From: Candidatus Obscuribacterales bacterium | GTDB taxonomy: Bacteria > Cyanobacteriota > Vampirovibrionia > Obscuribacterales > Obscuribacteraceae | Direction: 5' to 3' | NCBI GenBank assembly: GCA_965228855.1 | Contig: CBDDIJ010000005.1 | Span: forward strand, 800,001-864,000 | DNA: 64,000 nucleotides | In this document: piece after piece, positions 40,763 through 52,590 of the stretch | How the letters are laid out: each line of letters opens with the position of its first letter | Numbering within the stretch: the stretch's first letter is position 1 | The notes under the pieces: model-generated | The model's database searches: none | What the model saw: the letters and a program-made list of their open reading frames with translations, nothing else | What the model was told of the DNA's origin: nothing | Translations under genes and position numbers: made by a program

Positions 40763-42691
40763 ATGCAGCCATTTGACGCACTATCAATCAGAGCGGTTCT
40801 TCAAGAAGCTAAACCGCTTTTGATCAACCGCCGAGTCGACCGGATCTACCAGCTCGGCCGGGACGAAGTGCTTATCTCCCTGCGTTCAAAAGGCGGCGCG
40901 GTGAGCCTGTTTCTATCCGCTCAATCGGTTTACGGCAGAATGTGCCTCGTGCGTATCCCCAGTGGAGAAGCAGCGGACAAGAATCCGACCGACCGTGCAA
41001 TCCACGACCGATATCAATCGAAACACAGCGCCGGTGCGCCGCCCAATTTTTGCCTGGTACTGAGAAAACACTTGTCGGGAGCCATTTTGATTGGAGTCGA
41101 GCAACTCCCCGGCGAGCGCATAATCGATTTCATTTTCTCTGCTACCGACGAGGTCGGTTCGAGTTCAATCAAAGTATTGACCGCTGAGATCATGGGCCGA
41201 CACAGCAATTTGATTTTCTGGGACAAAGAATCGGGAAAAATTCTGTCCTCGTCGCACGCAGTAACTCAAGAGATGAGCAGACAGCGAGAGGTTCTACCCA
41301 ATCTTCAATACGAACGCCCTCCCAGTCAGGATCGTCAAAGCATCTTCGCGGTCAGTGAGTCCGATTTCAAAGCCAAGTTTAAACACCTGCAAGAAACTTT
41401 TTTACAAAACAAACCTGCCACCACAAGCGGTGACAATGCTCAGGAAAAACCGGCGCCGGCAACTCTCGAGCAATGGTTAATATCATCGTTTACCGGACTC
41501 GGAAAACATCTGAGCGAAGAAACCGTCGTCGGAGCAAAACTAGAGAGCCAACTCACCGATGCACTGAAAATTTCAAATGTCGAAGATCGGTTATGGAAAC
41601 AGATTAACCTGCTCCAGACGCCAACCAATTTCAGACCGGCTATGCAAGCGGACCTGAACAGATACACCGTAATCGGCTGGTATCCGGATTTCGAGGATGA
41701 GGGGAAGTGGAAGAAGTTTCCTTCCGTCAACGATATGGTTGAACATTATTTTCGATCGCTGGAAGCAAGAGAGCAATTCATCCAACTTCGAGAAAAAATT
41801 AAATCCGAAGTCAGTGCGGAATCGAACAAACTTGACGTCAGAAAACACGTTGCCGCGGGGCATCTAAGCGCCGAAGGCGAAATCGAACGTTTGAAACAGT
41901 CAGGAGATTCAATACTCTCAAATCTCCATCAAATTAAGTTGGGCCAGGATGAATTAGTCGTATCCGATTGGACGAAGGACAACGGCGGCGAACTCAAAAT
42001 AAGTCTTAATCCGAATATGTCTGCTGTACAAAATTCGCAGGTGTTTTACAGACAGTACGCCAAACTCCGCTCTAGACAGGGTGCCGCACAAACAACTTTG
42101 AACGAAGTTCAAAAACGTCTCGATTTCCTTGGCGAACTCCGAAGAAGTTGCGAGGATGCAAAAGACATTGAGAGTCTGCGAAAAATTCGCGAGACCTTGA
42201 GCGGTAGAAAGCCAACTCAGGAGCGTATAAAAGGCGATCCAAAGGCTCACCAGCAAAAGCAACACAAAGGCAATAGTGGTGGCGCCGGTGGAGGCAAACC
42301 AAAATCGCTTTCGCTGACGTCCTCCGACGGCTGGACAATATTCGTCGGACGAAATCGGAATGAAAACGACCACCTGCTCAGTAAAGTCGCAAATCCAAAC
42401 GACATATGGTTCCACGTCCTGGGTCAGGGTGGAGCGCATGTTCTCATCCGCGTTCCTTCAAACAAACAAGAACCGCCTAAGACCACCATCACAGAAGCCG
42501 CTACCGTGGCGGCTCGACTGTCAAAAGCTGGAACGGGTGCAAAAGTGCGAGTAATTTACACGCAATGCAAATTCGTCAAGAAAACCGATCCTAACAAGCC
42601 GGGATTAGTTCGCTACGAAAACGAAAAAACAATTGAAATCGACCTGACCAAGCCAATGCCGAAGATGATGAAAAAGTTGTTCGCGACCTGA
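40763..42691 (+). CDS. rqcH: NFACT/RqcH (FbpA-like) ribosome quality-control factor
   Basis: MQPFD, EIMGRHSNL, coiled coil, VGRN...ND, DIWFHV...GAHV. Confidence 0.9.
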   Translation: MQPFDALSIRAVLQEAKPLLINRRVDRIYQLGRDEVLISLRSKGGAVSLFLSAQSVYGRMCLVRIPSGEAADKNPTDRAIHDRYQSKHSAGAPPNFCLVLRKHLSGAILIGVEQLPGERIIDFIFSATDEVGSSSIKVLTAEIMGRHSNLIFWDKESGKILSSSHAVTQEMSRQREVLPNLQYERPPSQDRQSIFAVSESDFKAKFKHLQETFLQNKPATTSGDNAQEKPAPATLEQWLISSFTGLGKHLSEETVVGAKLESQLTDALKISNVEDRLWKQINLLQTPTNFRPAMQADLNRYTVIGWYPDFEDEGKWKKFPSVNDMVEHYFRSLEAREQFIQLREKIKSEVSAESNKLDVRKHVAAGHLSAEGEIERLKQSGDSILSNLHQIKLGQDELVVSDWTKDNGGELKISLNPNMSAVQNSQVFYRQYAKLRSRQGAAQTTLNEVQKRLDFLGELRRSCEDAKDIESLRKIRETLSGRKPTQERIKGDPKAHQQKQHKGNSGGAGGGKPKSLSLTSSDGWTIFVGRNRNENDHLLSKVANPNDIWFHVLGQGGAHVLIRVPSNKQEPPKTTITEAATVAARLSKAGTGAKVRVIYTQCKFVKKTDPNKPGLVRYENEKTIEIDLTKPMPKMMKKLFAT

Positions 42692-42696
42692 TGGTC

Positions 42697-43383
42697 CTAC
42701 ATCTTACGGAAAAGACCAACAACGACCCCCTGGATTTGCAGATCCGAGGCACGCGAAACAAAAATAGGCTCCATCGATGAATTGCCCGGCTGCAAGCGGA
42801 ATCCACCGTTTTCTTTATAGAAGCGCTTGAGCGTCGCGCTTCCATCCTCAAGCAATGCCACCACGATTTCGCCGTTGGTCGGCGACGGGCTTGGCTTGAT
42901 GATCACGTAGTCACCACTGTAAATACCATCCTCAATCATCGAATCACCCTTCACTTCAAGGGCAAAACAACCGCGCTGGGCGTAATCGCTTTCCATAGTC
43001 AAATATTCCGGCGTCTCAAAAGCATCGATTGGCGCACCGGCAGCAATGCGACCCGCAAGTGGAACACCGACGGGCTGCGCTTCCTGAGCAGGCACATGCT
43101 CAGCAGACGGAACAGCGCGCAACTCACCCTCATTGCCATCCTCATCAAGATTGAGCAATTTGAGCCCTTCACTGAGCACACGCATCGAGCGATTAAGTTT
43201 CGGCTCCCACTGAACCAATTCCTTTTTCTTGAGCGCTGAAACGTGCTGATGGATAGTCATCCGGTTTTTAAGCCCAAGGTGGGTCGCTAACTCCTGGAGA
43301 GTCGGAGGATAACCACATTGCTCGGACAACTCTACTATGGCATTGAGCACGTCTCGCTGGCGCGCGGGTAGCTGTCGTGACAC
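42697..43383 (-). CDS. lexA: SOS repressor LexA
   Basis: wHTH (YPPTLQEL), Ala-Gly cleavage site (IAAGAP), catalytic Ser (GDSM) and Lys (TLKR). Confidence 0.95.
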   Translation of the reverse strand: MSRQLPARQRDVLNAIVELSEQCGYPPTLQELATHLGLKNRMTIHQHVSALKKKELVQWEPKLNRSMRVLSEGLKLLNLDEDGNEGELRAVPSAEHVPAQEAQPVGVPLAGRIAAGAPIDAFETPEYLTMESDYAQRGCFALEVKGDSMIEDGIYSGDYVIIKPSPSPTNGEIVVALLEDGSATLKRFYKENGGFRLQPGNSSMEPIFVSRASDLQIQGVVVGLFRKM

Positions 43384-43440
43384 TTTCTCGTTCCTCTAAC
43401 CTCTGACAGATGGGACCTTTTTCAAGAGCACCCATACGTA

Positions 43441-43469
43441 AGTATAGTATCCCTCGATCTGACTGTCTA
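43441..43469 (-). promoter_or_regulatory. Sigma70-type promoter of lexA
   Basis: Minus strand TAGACA, 17 nt, TATACT. Confidence 0.6.
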
Positions 43470-43510
43470 CCTTTTTTCTGAAATTTCCTTTAGATCGGCC
43501 GATAAATTTT

Positions 43511-44260
43511 TCAACCGGTCGGCACCACCTCTGGTGGCCACTCAACGGTCAACAATGACCTCGCAAACAGCAAATGCGGTTTAGCCACTGCTTCCAACCC
43601 GATTGGATTGAGCATAGTGTTGTAAACGAAGTCCGCATGAGCCTCTTGAAGCGGCCAGGGAGCATGGTGAATATGCGCGCGCAATAACGTGCCGTCACCA
43701 GATACGGTGTACAAACAATAGCGTTCGGTCAAGAAGTGTTCGATGGTGCCCTTCTGAGCGAAGAACGGCTCACCACTGGGTCGATAGCGGACATCAAGGG
43801 CGGCCGCGTCTCCGCGACGGTCGGTTCGCTTGCTTTTGTAGCAAATCGAGCCGTCACGATCGACCGCACTCATCTCCGCATAATAATAAGGAAGGTGAAA
43901 CCAGGTGCGCGCCCCCTCGACCGCAAACAGACTGGCGCAATCAAGCGAAAAGAAATAGACGCCTGGAATTCCGTCGACGACAACGTAAGTGCGCACGTTC
44001 AGTTCCAAAAAATCCGAAACAACAGGCAAGCGAGGCGTAAAGCGCGGACGTACTTTTCGCATTTTGAACGGCACCACTCCTATGTATGCGGCTCCGTCGA
44101 GTATATCCAGATCCATCTGCGCTGGAACAAGCTTTCTCACCACATCCGGTTCGAACTTCCAGTGCGCAAAAAGCAGATCGTCCCACATCTGAGTCATCAC
44201 CCATGGTGCCATGGGATATGGATAGTGGCGATGATCTTTTACAGCGAGCAGGTCTTTCAT
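43511..44260 (-). CDS. DUF2071 (YqjF-like) protein
   Basis: W.DLLFAHW, FLELNVRTYV, GVYFFSLD, FLTERY, IHHAPWPL. Confidence 0.85.
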   Translation of the reverse strand: MKDLLAVKDHRHYPYPMAPWVMTQMWDDLLFAHWKFEPDVVRKLVPAQMDLDILDGAAYIGVVPFKMRKVRPRFTPRLPVVSDFLELNVRTYVVVDGIPGVYFFSLDCASLFAVEGARTWFHLPYYYAEMSAVDRDGSICYKSKRTDRRGDAAALDVRYRPSGEPFFAQKGTIEHFLTERYCLYTVSGDGTLLRAHIHHAPWPLQEAHADFVYNTMLNPIGLEAVAKPHLLFARSLLTVEWPPEVVPTG

Positions 44261-44307
44261 CGAAAAGAGTTTTAAGCCTACGCTTCCGCTATAGAGAATT
44301 GACCAAT

Positions 44308-45315
44308 CTAAAGAATGCGTTGACCAAGACTTGAAAGAATCAGTTCAACAGCCAGTTTAGCTGTGCTGTTCTTAATGTCGTTAGCAGGATTCAGTTCAAC
44401 TATATCTATGGATCTAATCAGTTGCGACTCAGCCAGAAGAGTGAGCGCAAGATGACTCTCGCGATAATTGAATCCACCACGAGCGGGTGTGGAAACACCA
44501 GGAGCGACATCGGGGTCGATAACATCGATGTCGAATGAGACGTGAAGCCCCGTAGAATCCGAGCCGCAAGCGCCAAGCGCAAGGTCGGTAACGCGACCGA
44601 GCCCAAGGTGATCGATATCACGGATGGTGAACGGAGTGACACCACATTGATCGATCAATTCGCGCTCCGGCGGATCCACATCGCGAATTCCGATGAGCAC
44701 CGAACGATTCGGCAGAACTTTCGGCGAGTATCCGAGCAACTCGGTCAACCGCTTATCGCCCCTGCCAAGCGAGACAGCAAGTGGCATTCCATGGACGTTT
44801 CCGCTGCCGGAAGACTCAGGGGTGTTGATGTCACCATGTGCATCAAACCACATCAATCCCCAATTCTCGTTTCGCTTGCGATAGTAGCTCGACACGCCGG
44901 CGATACTTCCAATCGCGAGCGAATGATCGCCGCCGATTGTAATTGGAATAGTGCCTTTCGTCATCGCCGCTTCCACAGCTGCAGCGACATCTTCACTGAC
45001 TTGCCCGATTTCCGGAACACACTTAGCCGGTGAATGTTGATCCCACCAGCACACTGAATAAGGCACCTGGATGTCGATTTCGTCAGCGACTTTAAAACCG
45101 AGACGCTCGATACTCTCAGGCAACTCGGCGACTCGCATCGCTGCGGGTCCCATGCTCACTCCGCGATGAGAACCGCCAAGATGCAAAGGCACGTAAATCA
45201 GCGTGACAGAATCAAGTTTCTTGCGCGCAGCTTGTTGTTCTGCACCGGGAGACTTTTCAGGAGTTTTTTCTGAGCTTTTTGCTTCTGGAGCCAACATGAC
45301 GCATTCCTTTATCAT
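44308..45315 (-). CDS. rocF: Arginase
   Basis: GGDHS, DAHGDINTP..S.SGNVHGMP, SFDIDVIDP, ELNP. Confidence 0.93.
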   Translation of the reverse strand: MIKECVMLAPEAKSSEKTPEKSPGAEQQAARKKLDSVTLIYVPLHLGGSHRGVSMGPAAMRVAELPESIERLGFKVADEIDIQVPYSVCWWDQHSPAKCVPEIGQVSEDVAAAVEAAMTKGTIPITIGGDHSLAIGSIAGVSSYYRKRNENWGLMWFDAHGDINTPESSGSGNVHGMPLAVSLGRGDKRLTELLGYSPKVLPNRSVLIGIRDVDPPERELIDQCGVTPFTIRDIDHLGLGRVTDLALGACGSDSTGLHVSFDIDVIDPDVAPGVSTPARGGFNYRESHLALTLLAESQLIRSIDIVELNPANDIKNSTAKLAVELILSSLGQRIL

Positions 45316-45597
45316 TCGAGTCCGTGGAACTCGACGATTGTAGACCGGTTCATTAAAGGAAAACGGAGTGTCTAGTTTCCGTTACAGAGCGCAAGTTGAC
45401 TGGCTATTTGCGCTCGCATCCTAACTACCCTAGTGTATAATCTTCCGATAGTTTTGTCTTTCTTTGTCGCGACAAAATGGCGATTTAGTTGGACGGCAGC
45501 CAGTTTCAAGCCACATGCTATTTGAGAAATGAACTCAAGAGCGTCGGCGAACTTACGAGGCTGTGCTCAACTAATTGGTTCGATGGAGGTTAGAGTT

Positions 45598-45960
45598 GTG
45601 ATTCGGCCTATCGTGAAACTATTCTTTCTGGCAAAAGCCTCTTTAGAGGTCGGGCGAGAGCGCCTTGAAGATTGCCTGGATGCAGTCACCGCCAGAGCGA
45701 GCGAGTATAAATCGAACGGCTCTGACAAAGTTTCTGAAGCGAAAGAGCGCGTACAGCAAGTCGCCAACGAACTTTCGCAACACATCTGGCAACGCTCCGA
45801 AATTCTCGAAAGTCAAGTGCGCGAGAAAATTCGCAGACAGGTAGCTGATTTTTCGCTGGGTGCGCTTGGCGACTCGACCGAAATCAACGAGCTTCGGGCA
45901 GAGATTGCCACATTGCGAGCAGAAATTTCAGAATTGAAGCAAATGAAGGCGTCTGTTTAA
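45598..45960 (+). CDS. Phasin-like coiled-coil protein
   Basis: Helical protein ending EINELRAEIATL; GTG start after GGAGG; upstream of an ABC1 kinase. Confidence 0.6.
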   Translation: MIRPIVKLFFLAKASLEVGRERLEDCLDAVTARASEYKSNGSDKVSEAKERVQQVANELSQHIWQRSEILESQVREKIRRQVADFSLGALGDSTEINELRAEIATLRAEISELKQMKASV

Positions 45961-46008
45961 TTCTTTTAGTACGATAAACAGAGTCGACTCTTCTCAAACA
46001 AAATCAGC

Positions 46009-47946
46009 TTGACTGCGGACGAACCAGCAAAAGAAACCACCAGCTCGACCGCGCTGCAGCCGCTCGGGCAGCAGCTTTACGACCCCAAGAAAGCGGATCG
46101 CTCGATCAGCCCTCAGGAATTGGTCAAAGACAAGCGCTTCTGGCAGGTCAGTCGAACGCTTACGCTTTTTGTCGCCGGTTCGATTTCCGAGAAATACGGC
46201 AAAGACACTTCTCTCACAACCAGCGAGAAGCGCAAAAAGCGTTCGTCGAGAGTTCGCCAGGCGCTGATCGAACTTGGTCCTACTTTTATAAAACTGGGTC
46301 AGTTCCTCTCCGTCAGACGCGACATATTATCCGACGAGATGGCTGATGAACTCGCGCTCTTGCAGGACAAGGTGCCGCCTTTCGATGTCGCGATCGCCAG
46401 AAAAATTATCGAAATGGATCTGGGCGCGCCACCGGAAAAGCTATTTGCAAAGTTCGAAGAAACACCCATCGCTTCGGCCAGCATCGGACAAGTGCATCGA
46501 GCCTGGCTGCAGGACGGCACACCCGTAGTCGTGAAAGTGCAGCGTCCCGACTTGGCGACCCGCTTTTATCAAGACCTTGGCTACATGCGGTTGGCAACTC
46601 GTCTGGGCGGTCGACTGAAGAAAAGCACTGCCTGGGACGACTGGCTGCAATTATCAGACGAATTCGGTCGTACCTTATTTCAAGAAATCAATTACCTGCA
46701 AGAAGGCAAAAACGCTGACAGACTTCGTCAAATTTTGAAGGGGCATCCCGAGATTCGCGTGCCGAGAATCTTTTGGAAATTTGCGGGCAAGCGGGTTTTA
46801 ACCCTTGAATACATTCCAGGGATAAAAGTCTCCGACACGAAGGCACTTGAAGACTCCGGTCTGGATCTGGTCGCCATCGGCAACCGCCTTGTCAGTTGCT
46901 ACTTAGACCAGGTCCTGTTGCACGGTTTCTTTCACGCCGATCCGCACGCGGGTAATCTCGCGATCGACGATTGGGGAAACGTGGTGCTTTACGACTTCGG
47001 AATGATAGGCGAAATCACGGATGCTCAGCGTGATGCCATCACTGGTTGTATTGCCGCAGTTATAAGACGCGATATCGATGATCTGATTGTGCACTTGAAA
47101 ATCCTCGGAATCGTCAAAGAAAATGCCAAGACCGAGCCTGTGAGACGCGCCATTGAGCCGCTCATCGACTATTACGCGGGTAAAGGTTTACGCGAGCTGG
47201 ATTTTTCGCACCTGGAAAGCGATATCGACCAGATCGCAGACGAGCGAGCAATTTATTTGCCGCCGACATTGGCCTACCTGATCCGCACAGGAACAGCACT
47301 TGAAGGGGTTGCTCGCACATTGCATCCGAACTTCAGTTTCGTCGAAGCGGCTAAACCATCGATTCGTAAATGGATTTTGAACAAACCGGATCAAGCTGCA
47401 AATGTTTTAAAACTGATGGGGGGCGAATATGCAAACGCTCTCAAAGCTGCCTGGTTGAAACTAATTAACGCAAAAACACTCGACAACTCACTTTCCTTCT
47501 TACAAACAAATCATCCACCTAAAACTCAATCCGAAAAAAGCCGCTCGTCAAGCGCCGTTCCCGCGACACTCGCAGCAAAGCAGCCTTCGGTTTTCTTCAC
47601 ACAAGAAGATGTAAAGACACCAGCCGAAAAGGGCGAAATCGACCAGGAGATGAGCGCTCTGCTTCAACAACTCGATCAAGTGAAAAGCCGAGTTAACACT
47701 TTGGAAAAGGAGATCGGAGAGTTCGCGCAAAATAGAGTAAATTTACTAGTGCAGTCAATGTGGCTCTTGGCATTTTCCATTTTGTATTTGGGAACCTGCT
47801 TGATAACTGAGCTGCGACCATATTCAATTTATTTTTTGATTGGAAATGGTTTTTTGGTGGCAAGAATAATTGGACACCTGGTCAGATCAAGTAAACTAAG
47901 AGGCCGGTCTGGGACGACCGAGCTTTCTAGGAGGCAACGGAGATAA
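46009..47946 (+). CDS. ABC1/AarF/UbiB-family atypical kinase
   Basis: LGPTFIKLGQ, ASASIGQVH, VKVQRP, FFHADPHAGN, DFGM. Confidence 0.93.
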   Translation: MTADEPAKETTSSTALQPLGQQLYDPKKADRSISPQELVKDKRFWQVSRTLTLFVAGSISEKYGKDTSLTTSEKRKKRSSRVRQALIELGPTFIKLGQFLSVRRDILSDEMADELALLQDKVPPFDVAIARKIIEMDLGAPPEKLFAKFEETPIASASIGQVHRAWLQDGTPVVVKVQRPDLATRFYQDLGYMRLATRLGGRLKKSTAWDDWLQLSDEFGRTLFQEINYLQEGKNADRLRQILKGHPEIRVPRIFWKFAGKRVLTLEYIPGIKVSDTKALEDSGLDLVAIGNRLVSCYLDQVLLHGFFHADPHAGNLAIDDWGNVVLYDFGMIGEITDAQRDAITGCIAAVIRRDIDDLIVHLKILGIVKENAKTEPVRRAIEPLIDYYAGKGLRELDFSHLESDIDQIADERAIYLPPTLAYLIRTGTALEGVARTLHPNFSFVEAAKPSIRKWILNKPDQAANVLKLMGGEYANALKAAWLKLINAKTLDNSLSFLQTNHPPKTQSEKSRSSSAVPATLAAKQPSVFFTQEDVKTPAEKGEIDQEMSALLQQLDQVKSRVNTLEKEIGEFAQNRVNLLVQSMWLLAFSILYLGTCLITELRPYSIYFLIGNGFLVARIIGHLVRSSKLRGRSGTTELSRRQRR

Positions 47947-47949
47947 GGT

Positions 47950-48711
47950 ATGCTTAAATGGCGTGCAGCTGCACGGACTGATGCGGGTTGCCAGCGTCAG
48001 AGAAACGAAGACAATTTTTGGATGAGCCCGGATCAACGGGTTTTCGCGGTTGCAGATGGTATGGGTGGCGCGGTTGGCGGCTCCCGAGCCAGTAAGCTCG
48101 CCGTGGAAGCGATTGAAAAACAGTGGCGCGAATCGCCACCGTCCCTGGACGATAAAGACAAGATTCAAAAGTGGCTGGACGAAACAGTCAACATGGCGAA
48201 CCACAAAGTGTGGCATGAAGCCGAAGAAGACGCTTCGGTTCGCGGAATGGGCACGACGGTGGTCGTGGCTGTTCAGTCCGATAACAATATGCTCCAGATC
48301 GCTCACGTCGGCGATTCGCGAGCTTATCTGTTGAGAGATGGAAAGCACACGCTCCTTACTAACGACCACTCTGTAGTTCAAGAGATGGTGCGCGCCGGAC
48401 GGCTCACCGAGGAGCAAGCACGCATCAACCCTTATAAAAACTTAATCACCCGTTGCCTGGGTCACGAAGAGCGTGTCGAAATCGACCACACTCCGGTTGA
48501 TTTGAAAGACAACGACTGGGTCGTACTCTGCTCCGATGGGCTCCCAACAGTTCTAAGAGATGAGCAAATCGGCGATGTGGTCAAAGATGCCGCCGACCCC
48601 GATGACGTTTGCGAAGAACTAGTCAAACAGACACTCGATGGCGGCGCACCTGACAACGTCACGGTCGTCGTAATCAGATACGTGGACGAGTCTAGCAACG
48701 GCAGCAACTAA
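47950..48711 (+). CDS. PP2C-family Ser/Thr phosphatase (Stp1-like)
   Basis: RNED, VADGMGG, AHVGDSRAY, LCSDGL, DNVT. Confidence 0.95.
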   Translation: MLKWRAAARTDAGCQRQRNEDNFWMSPDQRVFAVADGMGGAVGGSRASKLAVEAIEKQWRESPPSLDDKDKIQKWLDETVNMANHKVWHEAEEDASVRGMGTTVVVAVQSDNNMLQIAHVGDSRAYLLRDGKHTLLTNDHSVVQEMVRAGRLTEEQARINPYKNLITRCLGHEERVEIDHTPVDLKDNDWVVLCSDGLPTVLRDEQIGDVVKDAADPDDVCEELVKQTLDGGAPDNVTVVVIRYVDESSNGSN

Positions 48712-48723
48712 GCTAATCAAACT

Positions 48724-49155
48724 ATGAGTAATGGAACTTGCAGTAGATGTGGAGGAATCGTCGATGCAGGCGGGCGTTGTACCGTTTGCGGCGCTCCATC
48801 ATTGCCTGCAGGTATGCAGTCCGGTCAGATGAGCGCAGGGGCACCAGGGAAGCCGATCTCAGCATCCAGACCAGCGTTTTTATATAACAAACTGACAAAT
48901 GAGCGCTACCCGCTCACGCAGTCTGTGAGCAAGATCGGACGGGATCAGACCAACAACATTTCCATAACCAACGACCACTACATCTCCAGACATCACAGCT
49001 GGGTGCTGCAAATGCAAGGCGGCTACTGGATCGAAGATCTGGGTTCGACCAACGGCACTCTGGTTAACGGCGAATTGCTTGGAGAACGGCGCCAGATTAA
49101 TCCCGGCGACAGGCTTACAATAGGAAAGACCGAGCTCATATTCGTAATGGAGTAA
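48724..49155 (+). CDS. Zinc-ribbon + FHA domain protein
   Basis: CSRC...CTVC; IGR, SRHH, DLGSTNGT. Confidence 0.92.
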   Translation: MSNGTCSRCGGIVDAGGRCTVCGAPSLPAGMQSGQMSAGAPGKPISASRPAFLYNKLTNERYPLTQSVSKIGRDQTNNISITNDHYISRHHSWVLQMQGGYWIEDLGSTNGTLVNGELLGERRQINPGDRLTIGKTELIFVME

Positions 49156-49159
49156 ATCC

Positions 49160-51615
<2,456 letters not shown>

Positions 51616-51616
<1 letters not shown>

Positions 51617-52296
51617 TGTCCGACAAATTCATACAAGAACCAAACATCAAAGTTGTACTCGCATCACAGTCCCCACGACGCATTGAGCTTTTAACAAACT
51701 TAGGCTTCAATTTCGAAGTCATGCCGGCCGATGTCGACGAAGTTGTAGAGCCGGATAAAACAGCAGCAGGCAATGTAATTCAAATTGCAAAATTGAAAGC
51801 GGATACGATCTACGAACGCCTGATGGCAGCGGGGAATTGGCAGACGTCGCCGGACGACCGTCTTCTTGTTCTGGGAGCGGACACGACCGTCGTCCTCGAC
51901 AATAAGATGATGGGCAAACCGGAAACCGAAGCCGACGCGCAAGTGATGTTGCGCGAGCTATCGGGACGCTGCCACGACGTTTTCACCGGTGTAGTTATTC
52001 TGATGAAGGAGCCGAGTAAAGAAACCCCGACCGAAATTTCAAGCTTCGAGATGTCGCACGTTTACTTCAGACCGCTGAGCGATCCGGAGATTGCCGCATA
52101 TGTGAAAACCGGGGAACCGATGGACAAAGCGGGCGCTTACGCACTTCAAGGAATCGGTTCGGCCTTCGTGCAAGCCATCGAGGGATGTTTTACAAATGTA
52201 ATTGGACTTCCGATACCACTGGTAGTATCAATGCTTCGCCGAGCAGGGATAACAATTCTCGGTACAACCGGCCGCTCCAGCACACCAGTAGGGTAG
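51616..52296 (+). CDS. maf: Maf-family nucleoside triphosphate pyrophosphatase
   Basis: LASQSPRR, GADT, GKP, DKAGAY, NVIGLP. Confidence 0.94.
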
Positions 52297-52327
52297 TCCC
52301 CGGAGCAGGTTGAACAGCCGGCATGGG

Positions 52328-52472
52328 TTTTGGCTACGAGGCAATGACGGAATCTGCGAAATCCGGCAATGTGTCGTAGACAACGTCTTGCCTGGAATCG
52401 ACTTGATCGAGTAAAGCATTGCTGTGCAAGCCTTTCCGGGCGAGATGGGCATGACGACATATAGTAGCCAAA
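52328..52472. repeat. Diverged third copy of the roughly 155-bp intergenic repeat family
   Basis: Shares ordered blocks TTTTGGCWACGAGGC, TAGACAA, GCCTTT and GGCAYGACGACATATAGTAG with the copies at 60.7-62.3 kb. Confidence 0.7.
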
Positions 52473-52590
52473 CAGCGAACACTTGAGATCCCAGACTATC
52501 GGAAGTAAAGGTGTTTGGCCCAAATAGCCAGAGATAACTTTCGTGTTTTCGATTCGCGATATGATATGAAACTGTCTCTATATCTGATGA

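Noticed and set aside
43384..43510. LexA operator upstream of lexA
   Set aside because: No convincing palindrome and no match to E. coli, Bacillus or cyanobacterial SOS boxes by eye
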